DNA from: Terriglobales bacterium
GTDB taxonomy: Bacteria > Acidobacteriota > Terriglobia > Terriglobales > SCQP01
DNA: 64,000 bases
Assembly: GCA_050747745.1 (NCBI GenBank)
Contig: JBOGKM010000040.1
Coordinates: 7,978 to 71,977, forward strand
Direction: 5' to 3'
Numbering within the stretch: the stretch's first letter is position 1; each line of letters opens with the position of its first letter. A program made the position numbers and the translations under genes. The notes below the pieces were generated by a model. It saw only the letters and a list, made by a program, of their open reading frames with translations. It searched no databases and was not told the origin of the DNA. Below, one piece after another: positions 26,979 to 38,110 of this stretch.

Positions 26979-27443
26979 ATGCTGTGGCGCCTGACGGCCG
27001 CCGGGCTGCTGGCGGCCGGGCTGTGTGTGGGAGCGGCGGGGCAGCGGCTGCAAGCGCCGCCGCCGCCGGGGCCGCGCCCGAACGTGCAACCGAATCCTGC
27101 CCTGGCAAAAAACGTAGAACCGCTGGTGCTTCCGGAATCGAAGCCTTTGGTGCTGCCCAAACCCGATCCACTGCTTGCGGGACACGATCTGAGCGTGGGC
27201 AATTTTTACTACCGGCGCGGGGAGTATGCCGGAGCGCTGGCGCGCTTTGACGACGCCATCTATCACCAGCCCGCGCTGGCGGAGGCCTATTGCCGGGCGG
27301 GGGATACGGAATGGAAGCTGCACCGCTACCCGGCGGCGCGCTCGGAATGGGGGCGCTGCCTGGGGGTGGCGCGCAGCGGCAAATGGGCCCAGCACGCACG
27401 CCATCAACTGCAAAAGCATAGGATGGCAGGCCCGCCGGCATGA
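26979..27443 (+). CDS. Exported TPR-like protein
   Basis: ATG 26979. Signal peptide MLWRLTAAGLLAAGLCVGAAG, a Pro-rich linker, and a TPR-like segment (GNFYYRRGEYAGALARFDDAIYHQPALAEAY). The stop overlaps the next start (ATGA). Confidence 0.6.
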   Translation: MLWRLTAAGLLAAGLCVGAAGQRLQAPPPPGPRPNVQPNPALAKNVEPLVLPESKPLVLPKPDPLLAGHDLSVGNFYYRRGEYAGALARFDDAIYHQPALAEAYCRAGDTEWKLHRYPAARSEWGRCLGVARSGKWAQHARHQLQKHRMAGPPA

Positions 27444-29203
27444 GCGGCGAAGTACTGCGGGCGCTGTGGCCCTATCTGCGCCGCTATCGCGGGCGGCTGG
27501 CGGGCGGACTGGCGATTCTGCTGGTCAACACCGCGGTGCTGGTTTCCATTCCCTACATCATTGAACTGGCGATCAATGATCTGGGCAGCGGCATCACCAC
27601 CGCCAAGCTGCTGAAGTACTGCCTGCTGCTGATGGGCGCGGTGAGCGCGCGGGCGGTGCTGAACTACTTTCAGCGGCTCATCCTGATCACGGTTTCACGG
27701 CTGATCGAATACGACCTGCGCAACGATTTGCTGGCGCGGCTGGAGACGCTGCCGGGAGGGTTTTTCCAGAAGTACCGCACCGGCGACCTGATGGCGCGGG
27801 CGGTGAACGACCTGACGGCGGTGCGCAACATGCTGGGACCGGGGATCATGTACTCGGCGCAGGCGGTGGTGCTGTTCGCCTACGTGTTCACCATCCTCTG
27901 GCACCTGGATCCGATCCTGACGCTGATCGCGTTCATTCCGGCGCCGTTCGTCAGCCTGGCGGTGCAGTGGTTCGGCAAGCGTATTCATGACCGCTTCGAG
28001 CGCATCCAGAGCATGTTCAGCGAGCTGGCGACGCGGGTGGAGGAGAACCTGAGCGGGCTGCGGCTGGTACGGGCGTACGCGCGCGAGGGCATCGAGGAGG
28101 GCAAGTTCGACCGTTTGAACCGGGGCTACGTGGATCACAACATGCGGCTCGTGGTGCTGACGGGCGCGTTCGATCCACTGCTGCAGTTGTTGTTGGGCGT
28201 GGCCTTCGTGCTGGTGCTGTGGTTCGGCGGACAAGCGGTGCTGGCGCACCGCATCAACATCGGCGACTACGCCGCCTTCAACCTGTATATGGCGCAGATG
28301 GCGTTTCCGATGATCGCCCTGGGCTACGTCATCAACCTGGTGCAGCGCGGCACGGCGTCGCTGGCGCGGCTGCAGGAACTGCTGGAACAGAAGCCAGACA
28401 TCGCCGACGGGCCGCGCACCGATCACCGCATCGCGCACCTGCGCGGGGAAATCGAGTTCCGCGATTTGACGTTCGCCTATGACGGCGGCGCACCGGTGCT
28501 GCGGCACCTGAACCTGAGAATACCGGCGGGGAGCACGGTGGCGCTGGTGGGGGCGACGGGCAGCGGCAAGAGCACGCTGGTACAACTGCTGCCACGGCTA
28601 CTGGATGCGACGCCGGGGATGGTGTGGATGGACGGGCGGCCGATCGGAGAAATCCCTCTGAAAGTGCTGCGGCGCAGCATCGGGTGGGTGCCGCAGGAGA
28701 CGTTTTTATTCAGCGATACGCTGCGCGCCAACATCGCGTTTGGGCGCCCGGAGGCCAGCGACGAACAGGTGCGGGCGGCGGCGGACGTGGCGGGGCTGAG
28801 TCGGGACGTGGCCGAATTTCCCTCCGGTTACGAGACGCTGGTGGGTGAGCGCGGGTTGACGCTCTCGGGCGGACAGAAACAGCGCACGGCGCTGGCCCGA
28901 GCGGTGATCCGGCAGGCGCCGATCCTGATTCTGGACGACGCGCTGGCAAGCGTGGACACGATCACGGAAGAGAGAATCCTGGAGGGACTGGAAAGCGTGG
29001 CCTTCCACACCGGCGGAGCCCGCACCACGCTGCTGATCAGCCACCGCATTTCCACCGTGCGCAACGCCGATTTCATCGCCGTACTGGATGAGGGGCGGAT
29101 TGGGGAACTGGGAACGCACGCGGAGCTGATAGGGCAGGGCGGCATCTACGCCAGCCTGTACGAGAAGCAGTTGCTGGAGGAGGAGCTGGCGCGCGCCGAC
29201 TGA
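27440..29203 (+). CDS. ABC exporter, fused permease/ATP-binding protein (type I exporter half-transporter)
   Basis: Six-TM domain plus NBD: Walker A GATGSGKST, signature LSGGQKQR, Walker B ILILDDA. Confidence 0.93.
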   Translation: MSGEVLRALWPYLRRYRGRLAGGLAILLVNTAVLVSIPYIIELAINDLGSGITTAKLLKYCLLLMGAVSARAVLNYFQRLILITVSRLIEYDLRNDLLARLETLPGGFFQKYRTGDLMARAVNDLTAVRNMLGPGIMYSAQAVVLFAYVFTILWHLDPILTLIAFIPAPFVSLAVQWFGKRIHDRFERIQSMFSELATRVEENLSGLRLVRAYAREGIEEGKFDRLNRGYVDHNMRLVVLTGAFDPLLQLLLGVAFVLVLWFGGQAVLAHRINIGDYAAFNLYMAQMAFPMIALGYVINLVQRGTASLARLQELLEQKPDIADGPRTDHRIAHLRGEIEFRDLTFAYDGGAPVLRHLNLRIPAGSTVALVGATGSGKSTLVQLLPRLLDATPGMVWMDGRPIGEIPLKVLRRSIGWVPQETFLFSDTLRANIAFGRPEASDEQVRAAADVAGLSRDVAEFPSGYETLVGERGLTLSGGQKQRTALARAVIRQAPILILDDALASVDTITEERILEGLESVAFHTGGARTTLLISHRISTVRNADFIAVLDEGRIGELGTHAELIGQGGIYASLYEKQLLEEELARAD

Positions 29204-29209
29204 GCAGGC

Positions 29210-31114
29210 ATGCCGCAGGAAGAGGAACAACTCGGGAAACCGGTCGACCGGCACCTGATCCGGCGCCTGCTGCACTACGTGCGCCCCTACCGGGCGGTGG
29301 TGGTGCTGGCGACGATTGCGGCGGCGCTGCAGGCGGCGACGCAACTGGTGGGGCCATATCTGAACAAGGTGGTCATTGACCGCTATCTGTTCCCCAAACC
29401 CGGCGCGCACAGCCTGCTGACACCCTACCTGCCGCACAGCGCCTTCCGCGGGGTGGCGATGGTGGGGGTGCTGTATCTGATCGTCCTGGCGCTCGGCTTC
29501 GTGCTCGACTTCGCACAGAGCTACGCCATGCGCTGGGTGGGACAGAAATCCATGTACGCGCTGCGGCGCGAACTGTTCGCGCACCTACAGAGGCTGGCGA
29601 TTTCGTTTTTCGACCAGAACCCGGCGGGACGGCTGGTGACGCGGGTGACCAACGACGTGGAGATGCTCAACGACGCCATTTCCCTGTCGCTGGTGGCGCT
29701 GTTCGACGACGTATTCGTGCTCTCGCTGATCATCGTGGTGATGATCAGCTTCAACTGGCAGCTTTCGCTGATCACGCTGGGCGTGCTGCCGGTGATCATC
29801 CTGGCGACGTATTACTTCCGGCAAGCGGTGCGCGAGGCGTACCGCCGCATCCGGCTGCTGGTGGCGCGCATCAACGTGTTCCTGCAGGAACACATCACCG
29901 GCATGCCGGTGGTGCAGGCGTTCAACCGCGAGCAGCGCTCTTACGAGCAGTTCCGCGCCATCAACCGCCAGCACTGCGACGCCTGGATTTCAGCGGTGCT
30001 GGCCTACGCGCTCTACTATCCGGCGGTGGAGTTTTTGAGCATACTGGCGATTTCGCTGATCCTCTGGTTCGGCGGACTGAAGGTGTTGAACGGAAAGTTG
30101 ACCATCGGTATCGTGTTCGCCTTCATCCAGTACGTGCAGCGCTTTTTCCGGCCCATCCAGGACCTGAGCGACAAGTACAACACGCTGCAATCGGCCATGG
30201 CAAGCTCGGAGCGCATTTTCAAGCTACTGGACACGCCGGTGACGCTGGCCTCGCCGGAGCAGCCGGAGCAGGCGGCGGCGATGCCGGGACGGATTGAATT
30301 CGATCACGTGTCGTTCGCCTATCAGGGCGAGGAGTGGATTTTGCGGGACGTCAGCTTCGTGGCTGAGCCGGGGGCGAGCCTGGCCATCGTGGGGCATACG
30401 GGAGCGGGCAAAACCACCATGATCAGCCTGATGCTGCGCTTCTATGACGTGCAGCAGGGGCGGATTCTACTGGACGGGGTGGACGTGCGGGCCTGGGATG
30501 TGCACGCGTTGCGGCGGCGCTTCGGCATCGTGCTGCAGGATCCGTATCTGTTCAGCGGCACCATCGCCGACAACATTCGCATGGACGATCCCGCCGTCGA
30601 GGCCTCACAGGTGCGGGCGGCCGAACGCGACGCCAACCTGGAGGAATTCTTGGCCGCCATGCCCGACGGCGACGCGACGCTGTTGCACGAGCGCGGTAGC
30701 GGGCTTTCGACCGGGCAGAAGCAATTGGTGAACTTTGCGCGGGCGCTGGCCTCGAATCCCTCGATCCTGATTTTGGACGAGGCCACCGCCAGCGTGGACA
30801 CCGACACGGAGCTGAAGATCCGCGGGGCACTGGAGCGCATGCTGGCCGGGCGCACCAGCATCCTGATCGCGCACCGGTTGTCCACCATTCAGCGCGCGGA
30901 CCAGATTCTGGTGATGCACAAGGGACAACTGCGCGAGCGGGGCACGCACCAGGAGCTGCTGCACCTGCACGGCATTTACTGGCGGCTGTACCGGCTGCAG
31001 TACAAGGACCAGGAGATCAGAGCGGAATCAGCGTTAATGACCCCGGCTCTCGAGGGGGCGCGTGCGGCTTTTCTCGGAGAGAAGCCGCATCCGATCCACC
31101 CCGGTGAGCTGTAG
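29210..31114 (+). CDS. ABC exporter, fused permease/ATP-binding protein (partner half-transporter)
   Basis: Walker A GHTGAGKTT, signature LSTGQKQL, Walker B ILILDEAT. Adjacent to the paralogous half, consistent with a heterodimer. Confidence 0.93.
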   Translation: MPQEEEQLGKPVDRHLIRRLLHYVRPYRAVVVLATIAAALQAATQLVGPYLNKVVIDRYLFPKPGAHSLLTPYLPHSAFRGVAMVGVLYLIVLALGFVLDFAQSYAMRWVGQKSMYALRRELFAHLQRLAISFFDQNPAGRLVTRVTNDVEMLNDAISLSLVALFDDVFVLSLIIVVMISFNWQLSLITLGVLPVIILATYYFRQAVREAYRRIRLLVARINVFLQEHITGMPVVQAFNREQRSYEQFRAINRQHCDAWISAVLAYALYYPAVEFLSILAISLILWFGGLKVLNGKLTIGIVFAFIQYVQRFFRPIQDLSDKYNTLQSAMASSERIFKLLDTPVTLASPEQPEQAAAMPGRIEFDHVSFAYQGEEWILRDVSFVAEPGASLAIVGHTGAGKTTMISLMLRFYDVQQGRILLDGVDVRAWDVHALRRRFGIVLQDPYLFSGTIADNIRMDDPAVEASQVRAAERDANLEEFLAAMPDGDATLLHERGSGLSTGQKQLVNFARALASNPSILILDEATASVDTDTELKIRGALERMLAGRTSILIAHRLSTIQRADQILVMHKGQLRERGTHQELLHLHGIYWRLYRLQYKDQEIRAESALMTPALEGARAAFLGEKPHPIHPGEL

Positions 31115-31130
31115 CGAAACTGATTCCGCT

Positions 31131-31715
31131 CTACGCCGGGTGCCACGACTGCACCGCTTGCAGAACGCGCTCGCTGACGGCTTCGGGCGCGGCGCCACCG
31201 GCAGGAATGGTGAGCGCGGCCAGGCGGTAAAAGACGAGGCGGCACTGGTAAAGCGCGCGGAAGCTGGCCTCGTCACGGAACAGGGGCCGGTTGCGCATGC
31301 CGGCGCAGCGCAACAGCAGTTCGTCCACGGGGACCTCGAGAAACACCGTGCAAGCGCGGGCAGCGCGGAGGGAATCGAGGTTGGGCGGCTGAGCGAAGGT
31401 GCCGCCGCCCAGCGCTAGTACGGTGGGCCGTACCTGCGCCGCGCCCAGCTCGCGCGCCAGCTCGCGACGCTCGATTTCGCGGAACGCGGCCTCGCCGTGG
31501 AGCGCGAACAACGCGGCGATCGCGCAGCCGGCAGCCGCCTCGATGCGGTCGTCGAGATCGCAGAAATGCCAGCCCAGCCGCTGCGCTAAAATCCGCCCGG
31601 CGCTGGACTTACCCGCGCCCATGAAACCTACCAGAACCAGCGGTGAAGGCAGTGGAGGCGGCGGCACCCCACCAGCATAGCCCGCGCGGGGATGCGGGGC
31701 GGGATACGGTTGCAA
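31131..31715 (-). CDS. aroK: Shikimate kinase
   Basis: VLVGFMGAGKSSAGRILAQRLGWHFCDLDDRIE and a GGG...lid region. There is a Pro-rich N-terminal extension, so the start is uncertain. Confidence 0.88.
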   Translation of the reverse strand: MQPYPAPHPRAGYAGGVPPPPLPSPLVLVGFMGAGKSSAGRILAQRLGWHFCDLDDRIEAAAGCAIAALFALHGEAAFREIERRELARELGAAQVRPTVLALGGGTFAQPPNLDSLRAARACTVFLEVPVDELLLRCAGMRNRPLFRDEASFRALYQCRLVFYRLAALTIPAGGAAPEAVSERVLQAVQSWHPA

Positions 31716-31942
31716 GCAAGGCGAAGCCCAAGCAGCGCATCAGGCCGCTTTTATGGTTCGATGAGAGGGCCGAAGAGGTGGTGGAGTTTTTCCTCAGCGT
31801 TTCAAGACCGCTTCGGAGTGTTCTGGCAAATCACGCCGCGCGCAAGCGCGTTGGTGGCCCCGGCGCTGGTTTCGGGGTGCCGAAACTATGCAGTTTTTGC
31901 TCGTAAGCTCATGATTCCACAAGCTTGGCCTCTGGACTGAGG

Positions 31943-32368
31943 CTAGCGATGCGCAGTAGGGGCGCGGTGGACGAGTTGGGGCGCCGGGAGAGAAGCCCGG
32001 CACTGGTCAAGGCTGTTATGGATGATTCCTTCCTGACGCAAGCGAGCGGCGATGTGGGGCCAGAGGTCGGTGCCGGGTTCATGATCATCAGGCGGGAGCT
32101 GGCGGACACGATCGGCGATGCTTTCGAAGCTGGCCAGCAGGCTGGAGCATTCCGGACAGTGGCGGAGATGACGGCGGCCGGAAGGAGGGAGCAGATCGCG
32201 ATCCAACACTTCGGCCAACATGAGTTCAAAGCCGGCGCAATCCAGGGACTGGTTCTGGGGCGCGGCGCGAGAAACGGAAACGACAGCCGGGGTGTTCATA
32301 GTACGCCTCCGAGGCGAATGGCCAGCCGGACGGGACGGTTTCGGGCGGGCAGGGGGACGACGGCTCAT
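31943..32368 (-). CDS. Anti-sigma factor, zf-HC2 (ZAS) type
   Basis: HLRHCPEC matches H-x3-C-x2-C. The start overlaps the ECF sigma stop (ATGA). An alternative start is the ATG at 32299. Confidence 0.65.
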   Translation of the reverse strand: MSRRPPARPKPSRPAGHSPRRRTMNTPAVVSVSRAAPQNQSLDCAGFELMLAEVLDRDLLPPSGRRHLRHCPECSSLLASFESIADRVRQLPPDDHEPGTDLWPHIAARLRQEGIIHNSLDQCRASLPAPQLVHRAPTAHR

Positions 32369-33126
32369 GAGCGTTCTCCCACACTGCGCGCGGCCGCGAC
32401 GGCATCGGCAGCCACGCTGCCTGGGGCACGCCGAGGCAGCGGGATTTGCAGCAGGTCGCGCAGCTTCAAGCGCGCCTTGTGCAGTTGCGATTTGGAATTG
32501 CCGATCGAGCAGCCCATCATGGCAGCGATTTCATTGTGCTCGTAGCCTTCCATATCGTGCAAAACAAAGATAGTGCGATAGCCGGGCGGCAGGCGTTCGA
32601 TGGCGCGTTCGAGATTGACGCGGTCAATCGAGCCGGCCAGATTTTGGTCGCGGGAGCCGATTTCGCGCCGTGGGCCATCTTCGTGGACGGGTTCGGTAAA
32701 CTCTTCGAGGGGAGTTTCGGGCAGATTTTTGCGGCGCAGATGCATGAGTACGACGTTGACCGAAAGGCGGTGCAGCCAGGTGGAAAAAGCACTTTCGCCG
32801 CGGAAGGTGCTGATCTTGCGGAACAGTTGCAAGAACGCCTCCTGGGCGAGATCTTCGGCCTCGGCGGTGTTACCGGTCATGCGCAGGCAGAGCGAGTAGA
32901 CCCGGCGCTTGTGCATGTGATAGAGGAACTCAAAGGCGACGGCGCAACCCTGCTGGGCGCGCTCAATCGCATCGGCCTCATTCCACGCTTCGTCAGCAAT
33001 GGCAGATTGCGACAGAACATACCTCCCGCGACCTATTAGCCCGCCGGCTACTCCCTTTGACGCGCCAGTGCGGGCCAAGGTTGTCCGGGGCGGTGGCGTA
33101 GAGGCGGAGGCGGTCACGAGGTGCAT
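32365..33126 (-). CDS. ECF-type RNA polymerase sigma-70 family factor
   Basis: Region 2 (FEFLYHMHKRRVYSLCLRMTGNTAEAEDLAQEAFLQLF..FSTWLHRLSVNVVL) and region 4 (LPPGYRTIFVLHDMEGYEHNEIAAMMGCSIGNSKSQLHKAR). The start is set to ATG 33126 but is uncertain. Confidence 0.88.
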   Translation of the reverse strand: MHLVTASASTPPPRTTLARTGASKGVAGGLIGRGRYVLSQSAIADEAWNEADAIERAQQGCAVAFEFLYHMHKRRVYSLCLRMTGNTAEAEDLAQEAFLQLFRKISTFRGESAFSTWLHRLSVNVVLMHLRRKNLPETPLEEFTEPVHEDGPRREIGSRDQNLAGSIDRVNLERAIERLPPGYRTIFVLHDMEGYEHNEIAAMMGCSIGNSKSQLHKARLKLRDLLQIPLPRRAPGSVAADAVAAARSVGERS

Positions 33127-33210
33127 GCTATGCTGGTCGAGACCGCCACAACATCCCCTGCGTGTGGGGGACGGGCGCGCACCGGCGCCTTCTCTTTCCC
33201 GTTGCCAGCT

Positions 33211-34263
33211 ATGAAAACCGGCATTATCGGCTTTCCCCAAGTGGGAAAAACTTCCTTGTTCAGCATGCTGACCGGCGCCGAGGTGCAAGCGGGACGACGG
33301 GAAGAACGGGTGGGAGTGGCGATAGTGCCGGACCAGCGGCTGGATCAGTTGGCGGAGCTATTCCAGCCGCGCAAGCTCACCCACGCCACGATCGAGCTGA
33401 GCGAGACGGGGGCGCTGACGCCGGAAACGCTGCGCGACGGCAGCGGCATCGCGGGACTGCGGACAGCGGATGCGCTGGCGCAGGTGGTGCGGGCGTTCGA
33501 GCGGATGGAGCCGGACCCGCCGTCGGCGGATGTGCGCCGGCTGGAATTCGACATGATCGTGAGCGACTTAGGGCAGGTGGAGAAGCGGCGTGAGCGCGTA
33601 GCCAAGGATCTGAAAAAGCAGCGCAGCACGGCGCTGCTGGAGGAAGCGGGGATTCTGGAGCGGATGCAGCAGCACCTGGAGGGGGAGCAGCCGCTGCGCA
33701 CGCTGCCGCTGACGCCGCCGGAGCGGAAGACGACGCGGGGATTCCAGTTTCTCAGCCAGAAACCCATTCTTTATGTCATCAATGTGAGCGAAGCAGAGGC
33801 AGCGGAGCTGGACACGGCCGTGGCGCGACACGGGCTGGAGGAGGCGCTGGCGGCGCCGCTGACGGGAGCGGTGGCGATCTGCGCGAAGATCGAGGCGGAA
33901 ATCGCGGGGCTGCCGGCCGAGGAGGCGGCGGGATTTTTGTCCGGCTACGGTTTAGCCGAGCCGGGCGTGGCGCGGCTGGCGCGGGCGATCTACCGGCTGC
34001 TGGGCCAGATTTCGTATTTCACCGCGGGCGAGGACGAGTGCCGGGCGTGGACGGTGGCGGAGGGCACGGCGGCAGTGGAGGCGGCGGGGGTGATCCACAC
34101 CGATCTGTCCAAGCATTTCATCCGCGCCGAGGTCATTGGCTGGCAGGAGCTGCTGGAGCTGGGATCGGAAGCGGCGGCGCGGCAGCAGGGGAAGATGCGG
34201 CTGGAGGGAAAAGACTATATCGTGCAGGATGGGGATGTGATGCACATCCGGCACTCGGGGTAG
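33211..34263 (+). CDS. ychF: Redox-regulated ATPase YchF
   Basis: MKTGIIGFPQVGKTSLF P-loop and a C-terminal TGS-like domain (FIRAEVI...GKDYIVQDGDVMHIR). Confidence 0.93.
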   Translation: MKTGIIGFPQVGKTSLFSMLTGAEVQAGRREERVGVAIVPDQRLDQLAELFQPRKLTHATIELSETGALTPETLRDGSGIAGLRTADALAQVVRAFERMEPDPPSADVRRLEFDMIVSDLGQVEKRRERVAKDLKKQRSTALLEEAGILERMQQHLEGEQPLRTLPLTPPERKTTRGFQFLSQKPILYVINVSEAEAAELDTAVARHGLEEALAAPLTGAVAICAKIEAEIAGLPAEEAAGFLSGYGLAEPGVARLARAIYRLLGQISYFTAGEDECRAWTVAEGTAAVEAAGVIHTDLSKHFIRAEVIGWQELLELGSEAAARQQGKMRLEGKDYIVQDGDVMHIRHSG

Positions 34264-34265
34264 GA

Positions 34266-34853
34266 ATGACGGAAACGCAGCAATGTCAGCAGTGTGAGGC
34301 GGAGATTCCGGGCACGGCGCAATATTGTCCCGCCTGCGGGGTACGGCTGCCGCAAACGCCGGAGCCGGCGCCGCTGCCGACGCCGCGGCGGCGCTGGGGC
34401 GGCACCCAGGTGGTCATTTGGTTTCTGGTGATCGCGGTGGTGATGGGGGTGCTGTTCATGCTGGGGGTGGTATATTTCATCCGCCACACCGCCATTGTGA
34501 CGACCAACAAGAATGGCGGCCGCATTGAAGCGCCCTACGGTACGTTGAGCCACAGCCGGAATCCGGCACAACTGGCGCGCGGCCTGGGATTGGATCTGGT
34601 TCCGGGCGCAGTCGGAGTGAGCGGCACGCAGGCGGATTTGAACCACAGCGTGGTGGTGTCGATCGAGTTCCGCAGCACGGCCAAGCCTGCCGCGATCATG
34701 AACTTCTACCACGTCCGCTACCCGGATGCTTCGGTGCAAGCGGAGGGCGCGGTAGAGACGCTGGTGCAGTTGAATCCGCGCGACACGATGACCATCGTGG
34801 CCGAGCCCGAACCCAAAGGGACGCGGATTCTGGTCAACGACGTAAGGCACTGA
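34266..34853 (+). CDS. Zinc-ribbon domain membrane protein
   Basis: MTETQQCQQCEAEIPGTAQYCPACG (CxxC..CxxC), one TM (VVIWFLVIAVVMGVLFMLGVVYFI), then an extracytoplasmic domain. Confidence 0.7.
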   Translation: MTETQQCQQCEAEIPGTAQYCPACGVRLPQTPEPAPLPTPRRRWGGTQVVIWFLVIAVVMGVLFMLGVVYFIRHTAIVTTNKNGGRIEAPYGTLSHSRNPAQLARGLGLDLVPGAVGVSGTQADLNHSVVVSIEFRSTAKPAAIMNFYHVRYPDASVQAEGAVETLVQLNPRDTMTIVAEPEPKGTRILVNDVRH

Positions 34854-34890
34854 GGATGGCGGTGCTAAGCTGGGACCAGGAGGGAAAGCG

Positions 34891-35451
34891 ATGGCAATAA
34901 ACTGGAGCCGGGACGTGGATGCGGCACTGGCGCAGGCGGCGGAGCAGAAGCGGCCCATGCTGTTGGATTTCAGCGCGGCGCCAGCGTGAGGGGCCTGCGC
35001 TCGGCTGGAGGCCGAGTCGTATGCCGATGCCGCGACGGCGAAGTTCATCGAGGCGAACTTCGTGCCAGTGGAGGCGCATATCAAGGAGCACCCGGGCTGG
35101 TTCGGGCGTTTCGAGGCGGTGTGGACGCCGACGGTACTGCTGCTGGACAGCAAAGGGAAAGAGCGGGTGCGGCTGGAAGGGTATGTGAGCCGCACCGACT
35201 TCAACGCCTGGCTGCAAACGGGTCTGGGGCGCATGGCGTTCGTGCGCAAGCAGTTCGACGAGGCGGAGGGGTGGTACGGGCAGGTCGCCGCGGAGTCATC
35301 GCAATTTGCGCCGGAGGCGACCTACTGGCGGTCCGTGGCGCACTACAGCGGCACGCACGACCACACGGCGCTGGCGCAGGTGGAAGCCGAGCTGCGGGAG
35401 AAATTTCCGGGGAGCGTGTGGGCGGAAAAAGCGCTACCTTGGCGGCAATAG
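34891..35451 (+). CDS. Thioredoxin-fold protein with in-frame TGA at the first Cys of CxxC (candidate selenoprotein, U-G-A-C); alternatively a nonsense-disrupted pseudogene
   Basis: ATG 34891 follows AGGAGGG. The translation is MAINWSRDVDAALAQAAEQKRPMLLDFSAAPA-TGA(34987-34989)-GACARLEAESYADAATAKFIEANFVPVEAHIKEHPGWFGRFEAVWTPTVLLLDSKGKERVRLEGYV..., all in a single frame to TAG 35449-35451. The track shows only 35062-35451. Confidence 0.65.
35000..35016 (+). promoter_or_regulatory. Candidate bacterial SECIS hairpin
   Basis: CTCGGC-TGGAG-GCCGAG forms a 6-bp perfect stem with a 5-nt G-containing loop. The stem starts 10 nt and the loop 16 nt after the TGA. Confidence 0.5.
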
Positions 35452-35452
35452 G

Positions 35453-37681
<2,229 letters not shown>

Positions 37682-37769
37682 GATGATTGTCTCGATTCGG
37701 TGGAGGCCTTCGAGGCTCTGCTTCGCGCTGCGCACTTCGCGCTGCTGCGCAAGGGGAGCGGCGGAGCCG

Positions 37770-38039
37770 TTACTTGCGCAGTCCCAGCTTCTGGATCAGT
37801 GCGCGATAGCGATCCAGGTGCTCGCGCTTGAGATAGTCGAGCAGGCGGCGACGCTTGCCCACCAGCAGCAGCAGGCCGCGGCGGGAGTGGTGATCCTTAG
37901 CGTGGGTTTTGAAGTGCCCGGTGAGGTATGCGATGCGGTCGGTTAGCAGCGCCACTTGCACTTCCGGAGAACCGGTATCGGTGGGATGGATGCGGTAGGT
38001 GCCGACGAGATTAGTCTTGGCTTCAGATGTGGTCGCCAT
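37770..38039 (-). CDS. rpsO: 30S ribosomal protein S15
   Basis: 89 aa: [40 protein letters not shown]. Confidence 0.97.
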   Translation of the reverse strand: MATTSEAKTNLVGTYRIHPTDTGSPEVQVALLTDRIAYLTGHFKTHAKDHHSRRGLLLLVGKRRRLLDYLKREHLDRYRALIQKLGLRK

Positions 38040-38110
38040 GCGTGAGGCGGGGCTCCTGTTTTTCTCTCATAGGTATAGGAACCATTAATGTACCACAGTT
38101 CGCCTGGCGG

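Noticed and set aside
34987-34989. TGA read as Trp (alternative genetic code) or as programmed readthrough
   Set aside because: Neighbouring well-defined genes terminate with TGA (for example gatB at 4703-4705 and purA at 17299-17301). A code-4-type reassignment is therefore excluded, and the position at the CxxC cysteine favours Sec over generic readthrough.
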